Below are positions 18,688 to 26,961 of a stretch of DNA of 46,671 bases, piece by piece; positions within the stretch are counted from its first letter, which is position 1, and each line of letters starts with the position of its first letter. Under the pieces are notes generated by a model that had not been told where the DNA came from, made no database searches, and saw nothing but the letters and a program-made list of their open reading frames with translations. The translations under genes and the position numbers were made by a program. The stretch spans positions 1 to 46,671 of the forward strand of contig JBJTOZ010000090.1 in assembly GCA_046074825.1 (NCBI GenBank), read 5' to 3'. This DNA comes from Hyphomicrobium sp. (GTDB lineage: Bacteria; Pseudomonadota; Alphaproteobacteria; Rhizobiales; Hyphomicrobiaceae).

Positions 18688-19617
18688 ATGACGAAAGTAA
18701 GCAATTCCTCACTAAAACCAAAAGAATCTTTTCAGGACTTAATTATTACTCTTCAACAGTTCTGGGGACAGCAAGGTTGTGTCATTCTACAGCCATATGA
18801 CATGGAAATGGGGGCAGGAACTTTTCATCCTGCAACCACCTTGCGCGCTCTTGGACCACGTCCTTGGAATGCTTGCTACGTCCAGCCATCGAGAAGACCA
18901 AAAGACGGGCGCTATGGAGAAAACCCTAATAGGCTTCAGTATTATTATCAATTTCAAGTCATTATGAAGCCATCCCCTCAAAACCTGATCGAACTATATC
19001 TCCAAAGCCTTGAGCAGATAGGAATTAATACTAAAATTAATGATATTCGTTTTGTATAGGACGATTGGGAAAGTCCAACACTAGGCGCATGGGGATTAGG
19101 ATGGGAAGTCTGGTGTAATGGAATGGAAGTCACGCAGTTTACATATTTCCAACAAGTTGGTGGATACGACTGCCAGCCAGTATCAGGAGAAATAACCTAC
19201 GGATTAGAACGCCTTGCGATGTACGTTCAGGGGGTTGATAAAGTTTTTGATCTTAATTTTAATGGACGCCACGATCAGCTTAAGATTTCTTATGGTGATA
19301 TCTTCTTACAAGCAGAACAAGAATACTCCCGCTACAATTTTGAAGCTGCCAATACAGAACTATTATTGCAACATTTTAAAGATGCCGAAAAAGAGTGTGC
19401 CGCATTGCTTGAGAAAGGCCAAACTAAAGATCATCATCTTCTTGCATTACCAGCATATGATCAGTGTATCAAAGCAAGCCATATCTTCAATCTTCTAGAT
19501 GCGCGGGGTGTTATCTCTGTAACGGAAAGACAAAGCTATATTCTGAGAGTTCGAGAACTCGCAAAGAGATGTTGTTCTTCATGGCTTGCAACGCAAGGCG
19601 GAGGAATAAAGCATTGA
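18688..19617 (+). pseudogene. glyQ: Glycine--tRNA ligase alpha subunit interrupted by one in-frame TAG at 19057-19059
   Basis: ORFs 18688-19059 and 19123-19617 share one frame. Reading through gives ...[41 protein letters not shown]..., collinear with GlyQ throughout. The stop replaces the conserved Glu of the RFVED/NWE segment. Confidence 0.9.
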
Positions 19618-19638
19618 GAATAGAGAAAACTTTTTAAT

Positions 19639-20247
19639 TTAAAGATCGGTCGAATTTTTAAGACCTGCCAAGAAAGTGCATACGAGATGGTCGACAAGCA
19701 TGACCGCACTTTCACTTGTAATATTTGTCAATTTATGCGCTGTTGCAAGTGATGAAATCCCATGCAGACCTGCCCACAGGACGTGGGCAGAGCGCTTAAC
19801 TTCAATACCGCTTGAAGACGGCATTAATGGTAAAATAGCATCAATAAACTTTGACATTAAACCATCAAGTTTTTGTCTATACCAATCCGGGACATTTGCC
19901 TCATCTTGAAGATGGTGCTCAAAAAGCAAATTCCAAAGTTTAGGTTTCGTGGCGGTAAAGTTTAAATAGGTATGCGCTAAAGCAAGAACTTTATCTGATA
20001 TACTTAATTCAGATGAGACTTTATCAAGATCAACAGCCAACTCATCAAGAAGCCTACCTTCAATAATAAGAAGAAGCTCATCTAAATTATGAAAAACATT
20101 ATAAATAGTCCCAGGTGAATAACCAATTTGTCTGGCGACCTCCCTTGCTGAGAATGCCACAATACCTTCATCGCTGATCATTTTGGTTGAAACTTCCAAG
20201 ATCAGCTCTCTTAATTGCTCTGGTGTATGGGAGGAACGTCGCCCCAT
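19639..20247 (-). CDS. TetR/AcrR-family transcriptional regulator
   Basis: It has the N-terminal HTH FSAREVARQIGYSPGTIYNVF followed by a helical ligand domain of about 140 aa. Confidence 0.88.
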   Translation of the reverse strand: MGRRSSHTPEQLRELILEVSTKMISDEGIVAFSAREVARQIGYSPGTIYNVFHNLDELLLIIEGRLLDELAVDLDKVSSELSISDKVLALAHTYLNFTATKPKLWNLLFEHHLQDEANVPDWYRQKLDGLMSKFIDAILPLMPSSSGIEVKRSAHVLWAGLHGISSLATAHKLTNITSESAVMLVDHLVCTFLAGLKNSTDL

Positions 20248-20484
20248 GTTTAAACAACTAACTAGCTAAAAAGTTATTTATGTTAAATTAATTTGTATAC
20301 TAAATTCTTAAACATAAATTTTATAAAAAAGCTAGTAATTAATGGGGTGCTTTTTCAAATGAAAGAGTAATAAGCTTTCCCTTAAGACTTTGAAAATTCT
20401 TTTGTATAATTTTCTTATATATGAGATGAAAAACAACCTTTTAAATTCAGATGTCAAAACACAGCACAATACATTTTTTGCCAT

Positions 20485-21675
20485 TTATTGTTTTAGAATC
20501 TCTGAAGAGAGAAAACCTTGTATAAAGCGTTCATATATGTCTGTTAGAATCTCCAAATCTTTGAGCAAAACGTTTTCATTGATTTGATGAATGGTTTTGT
20601 TTGTCAAGCCAAACTCGACAACTGGACAAAAGTCCTTAATAAAGCGTGCATCCGATGTCCCTCCAGACGTAGTTAGACGAGGAACACGGGTTACCACTGA
20701 ACTTACAGCGCTTGTAAGGAGTTCCGCAAGAAACCCTTTCTGCATTAAGAAAACCTCCGATGCATGTGAAAAATGAACGGTATATTTTGCATTTATAGTC
20801 GTTGCTGCTGCCTCCAGCTGAAGCTTGAACCACTCCTCAATAGTGTTCCTTCGCCATAAATCATTATAACGTAGATTAAACGTTGAACGAACCGAGGCAG
20901 GAATCACATTTGCAGCTGTATTTGGAACAGAAAGAATCGTGAACTGACAATTGGATGGTTCAAAATATTGTGTTCCTTCATCAATTCTAAGATTAAAGAA
21001 GCGATCAATAATATGTGCTAATTTCGGAATTGGATTATCGGCAAGATGTGGATACGCGGAGTGACCTTGACGTCCTTCTACAACAATCTCTCCAGTTAAT
21101 GACCCCCTTCGACCAATCTTGATCTCATCTCCCAATAAATTTGGATTAGTGGGCTCCCCAACTAAACATGCATCAAGCTTTTCTCCTCTTTCAGCAAGCC
21201 AGCCTAGCATCTTAACTGTACCATTGATTGAGGGGCCTTCCTCATCCCCTGTTATCAGAAGAGAAAGTGATCCTTTGTTTAATAGTTTTTTTGAACTCAA
21301 TATTCTTGAAACTGCGACGACAAAACAGGCAATTGCCCCCTTCATATCCGATGATCCACGACCAAAAAGCATGCCGTTGTTAATTTTTCCTTCAAAGGGA
21401 GGATATGACCATAGAGAAAGATCTCCTGAGGGGACAACATCAGTATGGCCAGCGAAACAAAGATGAGGTTGGCCATCCCCGATACGTGCGTACAAATTGT
21501 CAACGTCCGCCCATCCCGATTGTGAAAAGACTTTACGATGACACCGAAAACCCATTTGCTCAAGGATAGCCTGTAGCAAATTTAAGGCGCCCCCCTCTTC
21601 AGGTGTAACACTTGGACACCGTATCAAGGCTTGTGTTAACAAAACAGGATCGGTTTGAAGATTTGACATCGACAT
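20485..21675 (-). CDS. dapE: Succinyl-diaminopimelate desuccinylase
   Basis: M20 peptidase motifs: LCFAGHTDVVP, GRGSSDMKG, ITGDEEG and GGTSDARF. Confidence 0.9.
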   Translation of the reverse strand: MSMSNLQTDPVLLTQALIRCPSVTPEEGGALNLLQAILEQMGFRCHRKVFSQSGWADVDNLYARIGDGQPHLCFAGHTDVVPSGDLSLWSYPPFEGKINNGMLFGRGSSDMKGAIACFVVAVSRILSSKKLLNKGSLSLLITGDEEGPSINGTVKMLGWLAERGEKLDACLVGEPTNPNLLGDEIKIGRRGSLTGEIVVEGRQGHSAYPHLADNPIPKLAHIIDRFFNLRIDEGTQYFEPSNCQFTILSVPNTAANVIPASVRSTFNLRYNDLWRRNTIEEWFKLQLEAAATTINAKYTVHFSHASEVFLMQKGFLAELLTSAVSSVVTRVPRLTTSGGTSDARFIKDFCPVVEFGLTNKTIHQINENVLLKDLEILTDIYERFIQGFLSSEILKQ

Positions 21676-21806
21676 GACTTTAATTTTTTAGAAATATTGT
21701 TTACGTACGATAATGTTTCATTTTTATATGAGAAGATGGGAATTTATCTCTCATACATCTTTAAAACAATCATGGCTTCTAGGACTATAAAGTATATCGT
21801 CTCTTC

Positions 21807-21827
21807 TTTTTCATTTTTCATTTTTCA
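21807..21827 (+). repeat. (TTTTTCA)x3 tandem heptamer in the dapE-dapD spacer
   Basis: Three exact adjacent copies were read directly, followed by T7A. Confidence 0.85.
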
Positions 21828-21947
21828 TTTTTTTACAATTAACGCCCCTACTCTACCTGAAGAGAAAGTAGGGTGTGAACACATCCATGACTTATAAAAA
21901 AGTTTTAAAATTCAGTTTGATAGTAGAGAAGTAGATACCGCCTAATC

Positions 21948-22790
21948 TTAACCTCTCAATAATTCATTTATGCTCGTTTTTGAGCGTGTTTTGGCGTCAA
22001 CACGCTTAACAATAACGGCACAATACAAATTAGGGCCTGGATCTCCATTCGAAAGCGGCTTTCCAGGCATAGAGCCAGAAACAACGACAGAATAGGGAGG
22101 AACTTTTCCAAAAAACTTTTCACCAGTATTCCGATCAATGATAGTTGTGGAGGCTCCAAGATAGACACCCATTGAAAGTACAGAGCCTTCGCCAACCTGA
22201 ACACCTTCTGCAACTTCTGCTCGGGCGCCAATAAAACAATTGTCTTCGATAATCACAGGCGCTGCCTGTAGAGGCTCAAGTACACCCCCAATTCCTGCTC
22301 CGCCAGAAATATGACAGTTTTTCCCAATTTGAGCACAGGACCCGATTGTAGCCCACGTGTCGACCATAGTTCCAGCTTCAACACGCGCTCCTAAGTTTAT
22401 AAAAGATGGTAAAAGAACAGCTCCAGGAGCAATATAAGCGGAATGACGGACAATAACTCCAGGTAAAACGCGAATTCCTGCTTGATTAAAATCCTTCTCG
22501 CCCCAACCTTTGAACTTTACAGCGACTTTATCCCAATAGTAAGAACTGGATGGCCCACCTTCAATTAATTCCATTTTATTTAAGCGAAAAGACAGCAAAA
22601 CAGCCTTCTTCAGCCATTGGTTTACAACCCAATCTCCATTTTTTTTCTCCGCAACCCGCACTTCACCTTTATCCAGCAGTTGAAAAGCATGCCACACAGC
22701 ATTTCTGAAAGCACCCTGAGTTGTAATGCTGATTTGATCTCGAACCTCCCAAGCTTCATTAATTGTATTTTCAAGATCAGATTGAGACAT
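21948..22790 (-). CDS. dapD: 2,3,4,5-tetrahydropyridine-2,6-dicarboxylate N-succinyltransferase
   Basis: 280 aa. It has the N-terminal AWE.R. helical domain and left-handed beta-helix hexapeptide repeats ([47 protein letters not shown]). Confidence 0.92.
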   Translation of the reverse strand: MSQSDLENTINEAWEVRDQISITTQGAFRNAVWHAFQLLDKGEVRVAEKKNGDWVVNQWLKKAVLLSFRLNKMELIEGGPSSSYYWDKVAVKFKGWGEKDFNQAGIRVLPGVIVRHSAYIAPGAVLLPSFINLGARVEAGTMVDTWATIGSCAQIGKNCHISGGAGIGGVLEPLQAAPVIIEDNCFIGARAEVAEGVQVGEGSVLSMGVYLGASTTIIDRNTGEKFFGKVPPYSVVVSGSMPGKPLSNGDPGPNLYCAVIVKRVDAKTRSKTSINELLRG

Positions 22791-23095
22791 AGTTATGAGT
22801 TCCCTTGGCTACAAGTCAGCTAGTTATAAAAAAGGATTTTGGATCCTTTTTAATATTATAAAATTTAAAGCAAGAAGATTCTCTGCTTCACGAACTTAAT
22901 ACCTAATACTAAGGGAGAAGAGAATGCGTAAAAATCTAAACTTTTGAGATAAAGAGTATTCTTTGATCTTTATAACTTCAATGCTTGAAGATTTAAAAAG
23001 TTCTATTCATAATTCTTGAGGGAATCTACATTTTTCTTGCTTCCCAAAAAAGAAAAAAAAACAAAGATGTGGATGTGCTTTTAAAAAGTTCCCCT

Positions 23096-23746
23096 TTAGT
23101 TCAAAGCTTGAAGGATGAGAGCTTTCGTCTCTGGACTGTCCCATCTAGCGGGGCCAGGCATTCGTGCTCTCTCGTTTCCATCTTTATCTATTAATATAGT
23201 TGTTGGCATGCCCACCGCTCGGAGCGCATTACCTGCTTTCATTGTGGAATCCACATAAAGCCTTAAATTTTGAATATTAATTTCTGAAAAGAATTTTTCT
23301 GCTGCATGTTTCCCAGCGCGATCAAGACTTAAAGCAACAACTTCGAATTCATCTGAACCCATATCTTTTTGTAATCTATCCAGCGAAGGCATTTCCTCGC
23401 GACATGGCACACACCAGGTTGCCCACAAATTGAGAAGAATATTTTTACCTCGAAAGTCGCTCAAAGATCTTGTTACTCCATCCTGATCTAAGAATTCTAT
23501 TAGAGGTGCCTTTTCCACCTTTGGAGTGCGAATGAATGATATCCCATGAGAAGAGGTAACTCTGGCTTTAGATTCAGAAATCTTCTCTGAAGCAGATATA
23601 TCAATTATGCTATCTTTGGAAGGCAGCCAGTTGTCAGAACTCCCAAGAGTGACATATATGGCCAGAAAGGTTATTACCGCAGATACTAATGCTATTAAAA
23701 TCAGTATGGCACGCGAAGCAGAATCTGCATTATCTTTTGGTTTCAT
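23096..23746 (-). CDS. tlpA: Membrane-anchored periplasmic thiol:disulfide oxidoreductase, TlpA-like
   Basis: It has an N-terminal anchor (ILILIALVSAVITFLAIYV) and a thioredoxin fold with the WATWCVPCREEMP active site. It is divergent from argH, as in Bradyrhizobium. Confidence 0.85.
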   Translation of the reverse strand: MKPKDNADSASRAILILIALVSAVITFLAIYVTLGSSDNWLPSKDSIIDISASEKISESKARVTSSHGISFIRTPKVEKAPLIEFLDQDGVTRSLSDFRGKNILLNLWATWCVPCREEMPSLDRLQKDMGSDEFEVVALSLDRAGKHAAEKFFSEINIQNLRLYVDSTMKAGNALRAVGMPTTILIDKDGNERARMPGPARWDSPETKALILQALN

Positions 23747-23794
23747 TTGTGCTTTATAATATAGTGAACAATTGTGTAAGGAACAGGGTCTTCT

Positions 23795-25204
23795 GTGAGT
23801 AGCAACAAAAAAAATCAGATGTGGGGCGGCCGCTTTGAAATGTCGCCCTCCAAAATTATGGAGGAAATAAACTCTTCAATTGGATTTGACAAGGCATTAG
23901 CACGTCAAGATATTAAATGTTCGAAAGCTCATGCTGCTATGTTAGCAGATGCTTCCATCATAAAAAAAACAGATGCAACTGCTATCCTTTCAGGTCTAGA
24001 CCAAATTGAGGGTGAGATAAAGAAGGGAACATTCTCATTCGACATGGCCCTCGAAGATATCCATATGAATATCGAAAGCCGTCTTAAGGATATTATTGGG
24101 GAACCTGCCAGTCGTCTGCATACAGCTCGTTCCCGCAATGACCAAGTTGCAACAGACTTCAGACTTTGGATACGAGAGGCAATTGATGAAATTAATATCT
24201 TATTACATGGACTACAACTTGCTCTAGTTAAAAAAGCTGAGGTTTATGCTGGTGCAATAATGCCAGGCTATACGCATCTTCAACCAGCCCAGCCAATTAC
24301 TTTTGGCCATCATCTTATGGCTTACGTTGAAATGTTTGCACGTGACCGAACCAGATTCCAAGATGCACGCAAGAGGCTCAATGAATGCCCATTAGGTTCT
24401 GCAGCACTCGGTGGTACATCTTACCCGATAGATCGTTCTCAAACTTCAAAGGCTCTCGGTTTTGAACGACCTATGTCAAACTCATTAGATGGAGTTTCAG
24501 ATAGAGATTTTGTTCTAGAGACTTTGTCCGCGGCAACAATATCAGCAATACATGCATCACGCCTTGCTGAGGAAATCATTCTGTGGATCACACCCCATTT
24601 TAATTTCATACAGCTGTCAGATAAGTTGACAACTGGCTCCTCAATCATGCCGCAAAAACGCAATCCTGACGCTGCTGAATTATGTCGAGCAAAAGTGGGG
24701 CGAATTGCTGGAGCTTTGCAAAGCCTGATCCTTGTTATGAAAGGATTACCCCTCGCATATTCAAAAGACATGCAAGAAGATAAGGAACTTACTTTTGATG
24801 CAATTGCCTCAATTAAGCTCATAATTTCAGCAATGACGGCTATGATACATGATATTCGGGCCAACGAAGACAAAATGAAATCTGCAGCAGCTCTCGGCTA
24901 TGCAACTGCAACAGATTTAGCTGATTGGCTTGTGCAAAACCTTAACCTGCCCTTCCGAGATGCGCATCATATAGTTGGAAGCATTGTGAAAACTGCAGAA
25001 AAAAAAGGCATATCTCTTGAAGAACTCACTCTTGAAGAAATGCAAAAGTTCGAACCACGCATCACAAAAAATGTCTACAACATTCTTTCTCTTGAAAAAT
25101 CTATTAAAAGCCGAACAAGCTATGGAGGGACTGCCCCACAGAACGTTTCTAAAATAGTGAAAAGTTGGCGCAAACGCTTGGAATCAGAGACGAACTTTAG
25201 CTAA
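23795..25204 (+). CDS. argH: Argininosuccinate lyase
   Basis: It contains [19 protein letters not shown], and the fumarate-lyase signature [15 protein letters not shown] start. Confidence 0.93.
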   Translation: MSSNKKNQMWGGRFEMSPSKIMEEINSSIGFDKALARQDIKCSKAHAAMLADASIIKKTDATAILSGLDQIEGEIKKGTFSFDMALEDIHMNIESRLKDIIGEPASRLHTARSRNDQVATDFRLWIREAIDEINILLHGLQLALVKKAEVYAGAIMPGYTHLQPAQPITFGHHLMAYVEMFARDRTRFQDARKRLNECPLGSAALGGTSYPIDRSQTSKALGFERPMSNSLDGVSDRDFVLETLSAATISAIHASRLAEEIILWITPHFNFIQLSDKLTTGSSIMPQKRNPDAAELCRAKVGRIAGALQSLILVMKGLPLAYSKDMQEDKELTFDAIASIKLIISAMTAMIHDIRANEDKMKSAAALGYATATDLADWLVQNLNLPFRDAHHIVGSIVKTAEKKGISLEELTLEEMQKFEPRITKNVYNILSLEKSIKSRTSYGGTAPQNVSKIVKSWRKRLESETNFS

Positions 25205-25228
25205 AGTGGAAGTCTTGAAAGAACAAAA

Positions 25229-25429
25229 ATGCTGAAATTTTTATACTGTCATCTTCTTATCTACTTGCTCATGATGGGTTTGAGCGGTTGCGGCCTACAA
25301 GGCGGGCTTGAGCCTCCCCAATCTACCCAGAAAAGCGCCTCAACTTCAACTGACCCGAGCCAGGAGAAAGATGAGAAGGAAAGCTCAAAGTCGGACAGGA
25401 AATTCTTTCTCGACCGCTTGTTAAGGTGA
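25229..25429 (+). CDS. Small lipoprotein, LptM/YifL-like
   Basis: 66 aa. It has the lipobox LSGC followed by GLQGGLEPP, close to the conserved CG.kGpL.P motif. It occupies the typical position immediately upstream of lysA. Confidence 0.65.
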   Translation: MLKFLYCHLLIYLLMMGLSGCGLQGGLEPPQSTQKSASTSTDPSQEKDEKESSKSDRKFFLDRLLR

Positions 25430-25581
25430 TACGCTTTTTGATCATGGAGGAATAAATATTTATTCCAAAAAAGTAATGCAAAAGATTTATATTAGTATGA
25501 CGTGTCTTTAGGATAAAGACATTGAAGTGACCACAATATTATTCAGTTATCTAGAAATTTTAACGCGCATAAATTCAAAAA

Positions 25582-26850
25582 ATGCACCATTTCACGTATA
25601 AGAATTTAATTTTACATGCTGAGAATGTTGACTTAGAAAAGCTTTCAGAACAAATCGGCACGCCATTTTATTGTTATTCTACAGCCACAATACAGCGCCA
25701 TTACGAAGTACTATCTCAGGCATTTGCAGGAATAGATCACTTAATATGCTTTGCCGTTAAAGCAAACTCCAATCTCTCTGTACTTGCTACACTTGCACAA
25801 CTAGGCGCTGGAATGGATGTCGTTTCTTATGGAGAGCTTCTTCGTGCACAAAAAGCAGGGGTAGAACCAAAAAATATAATTTTCTCCGGAGTTGGAAAAA
25901 GCAAAGAAGAGATGCTTTATGCTCTACAAATCGGGATACTTGGATTTAATGTCGAAAGTGAACCTGAGTTGGAACTGTTAAACCAAACAGCGCAAAGCCT
26001 GGGCAAAAAAGCATCCATTTCAATTCGCGTAAACCCCGACATAGATGCCAAAACACATGCAAAAATATCAACGGGAAAATCAGAAAATAAGTTTGGTGTT
26101 TCATATTTAGAGGCTCCAAGGCTTTACGAAAAAGCTCGAGAGATGCAGGGGATTTCTATCTCCGGTATTCATATGCATATTGGAAGTCAAATTACAGAAC
26201 TCGAACCTTTTAGTGATGCCTTTACATTAATGCGTGAGCTGGTTCTTCATCTCCTCAGCAGAGGAATTATGCTTAAATATCTTGATATTGGAGGGGGGCT
26301 TGGTGTCCCATACCGCGCAGACATTGAAATTCCTCCAAATCCTTTTGATTATGCTCGACTTATCAAAGAGAAGTTGGGAAATTTGGGTTTAAAAATCGTG
26401 CTCGAACCGGGCCGCATGATTGTTGGTAATGCTGGCATTCTAGTTACAAAAGTTCTTTATGTTAAACATTCTCAAGGGAGATATTTCACAATTGTGGATG
26501 CTGGAATGAATGATTTGATACGACCCACTCTTTACGATGCGTATCATGACATTTGGCCACTAATTAAGAAAGAAGCAAAACAGGATCTCTTTCAGCAAGA
26601 TATCGTGGGACCAATTTGCGAAACAGGTGACTATTTAGCCTTAGATCGTCTCCTCCCTATCTTCAGCACAGGGGATCTCATTGCTATTATGACTGCCGGA
26701 GCCTATGGCGCTGTTATGTCCTCCTATTATAATAGCCGCTTACTCACGCCAGAAATCCTTGTAAAGGGGGATAAATTTGCTATTGTGCGTCCTCGGCAAA
26801 CATATGATGATATAATAGGTTTCGATCGTTTACCTTCCTGGGTCTCCTGA
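25582..26850 (+). CDS. lysA: Diaminopimelate decarboxylase
   Basis: It has the PLP-Lys motif FAVKANSN, then HMHIGSQ, DIGGGLGV, EPGR and PICETGD. Confidence 0.93.
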   Translation: MHHFTYKNLILHAENVDLEKLSEQIGTPFYCYSTATIQRHYEVLSQAFAGIDHLICFAVKANSNLSVLATLAQLGAGMDVVSYGELLRAQKAGVEPKNIIFSGVGKSKEEMLYALQIGILGFNVESEPELELLNQTAQSLGKKASISIRVNPDIDAKTHAKISTGKSENKFGVSYLEAPRLYEKAREMQGISISGIHMHIGSQITELEPFSDAFTLMRELVLHLLSRGIMLKYLDIGGGLGVPYRADIEIPPNPFDYARLIKEKLGNLGLKIVLEPGRMIVGNAGILVTKVLYVKHSQGRYFTIVDAGMNDLIRPTLYDAYHDIWPLIKKEAKQDLFQQDIVGPICETGDYLALDRLLPIFSTGDLIAIMTAGAYGAVMSSYYNSRLLTPEILVKGDKFAIVRPRQTYDDIIGFDRLPSWVS

Positions 26851-26882
26851 GAGCGAAGTTTATTTTAAATTCTTAGAGAATA

Positions 26883-26908
26883 ATTAAATTCATAAATTAA
26901 ATTCATAA
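26883..26908 (+). repeat. 13-bp tandem direct repeat (ATTAAATTCATAA x2) upstream of the TIGR02302-like gene
   Basis: Two exact adjacent copies at 26883-26895 and 26896-26908, ending 53 bp before the TTG start at 26962. Confidence 0.85.
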
Positions 26909-26961
26909 ATAATGAGTTTCTTTCTTCTTCTTTTTAAGACATAACCTAAGATAAAAAAACA

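Noticed and set aside
18688-19617. Global reassignment of TAG, or a naturally split two-piece GlyQ, as explanations for the interrupted glyQ
   Set aside because: TAG is used as the terminator of at least four other well-supported genes in this window. The segment between the TAG and the next ATG encodes the most conserved GlyQ core ([21 protein letters not shown]), which a split protein would lose.
22829-22851. Hairpin AAAAAGGAT-tttgg-ATCCTTTTT between tlpA and dapD as a bidirectional intrinsic terminator
   Set aside because: Only three G:C pairs are present and the A/T runs are themselves the stem. It lies about 245 bp beyond the tlpA stop and only about 40 nt upstream of the dapD start, so it may just be a leader or promoter feature. 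It is too weak to call.
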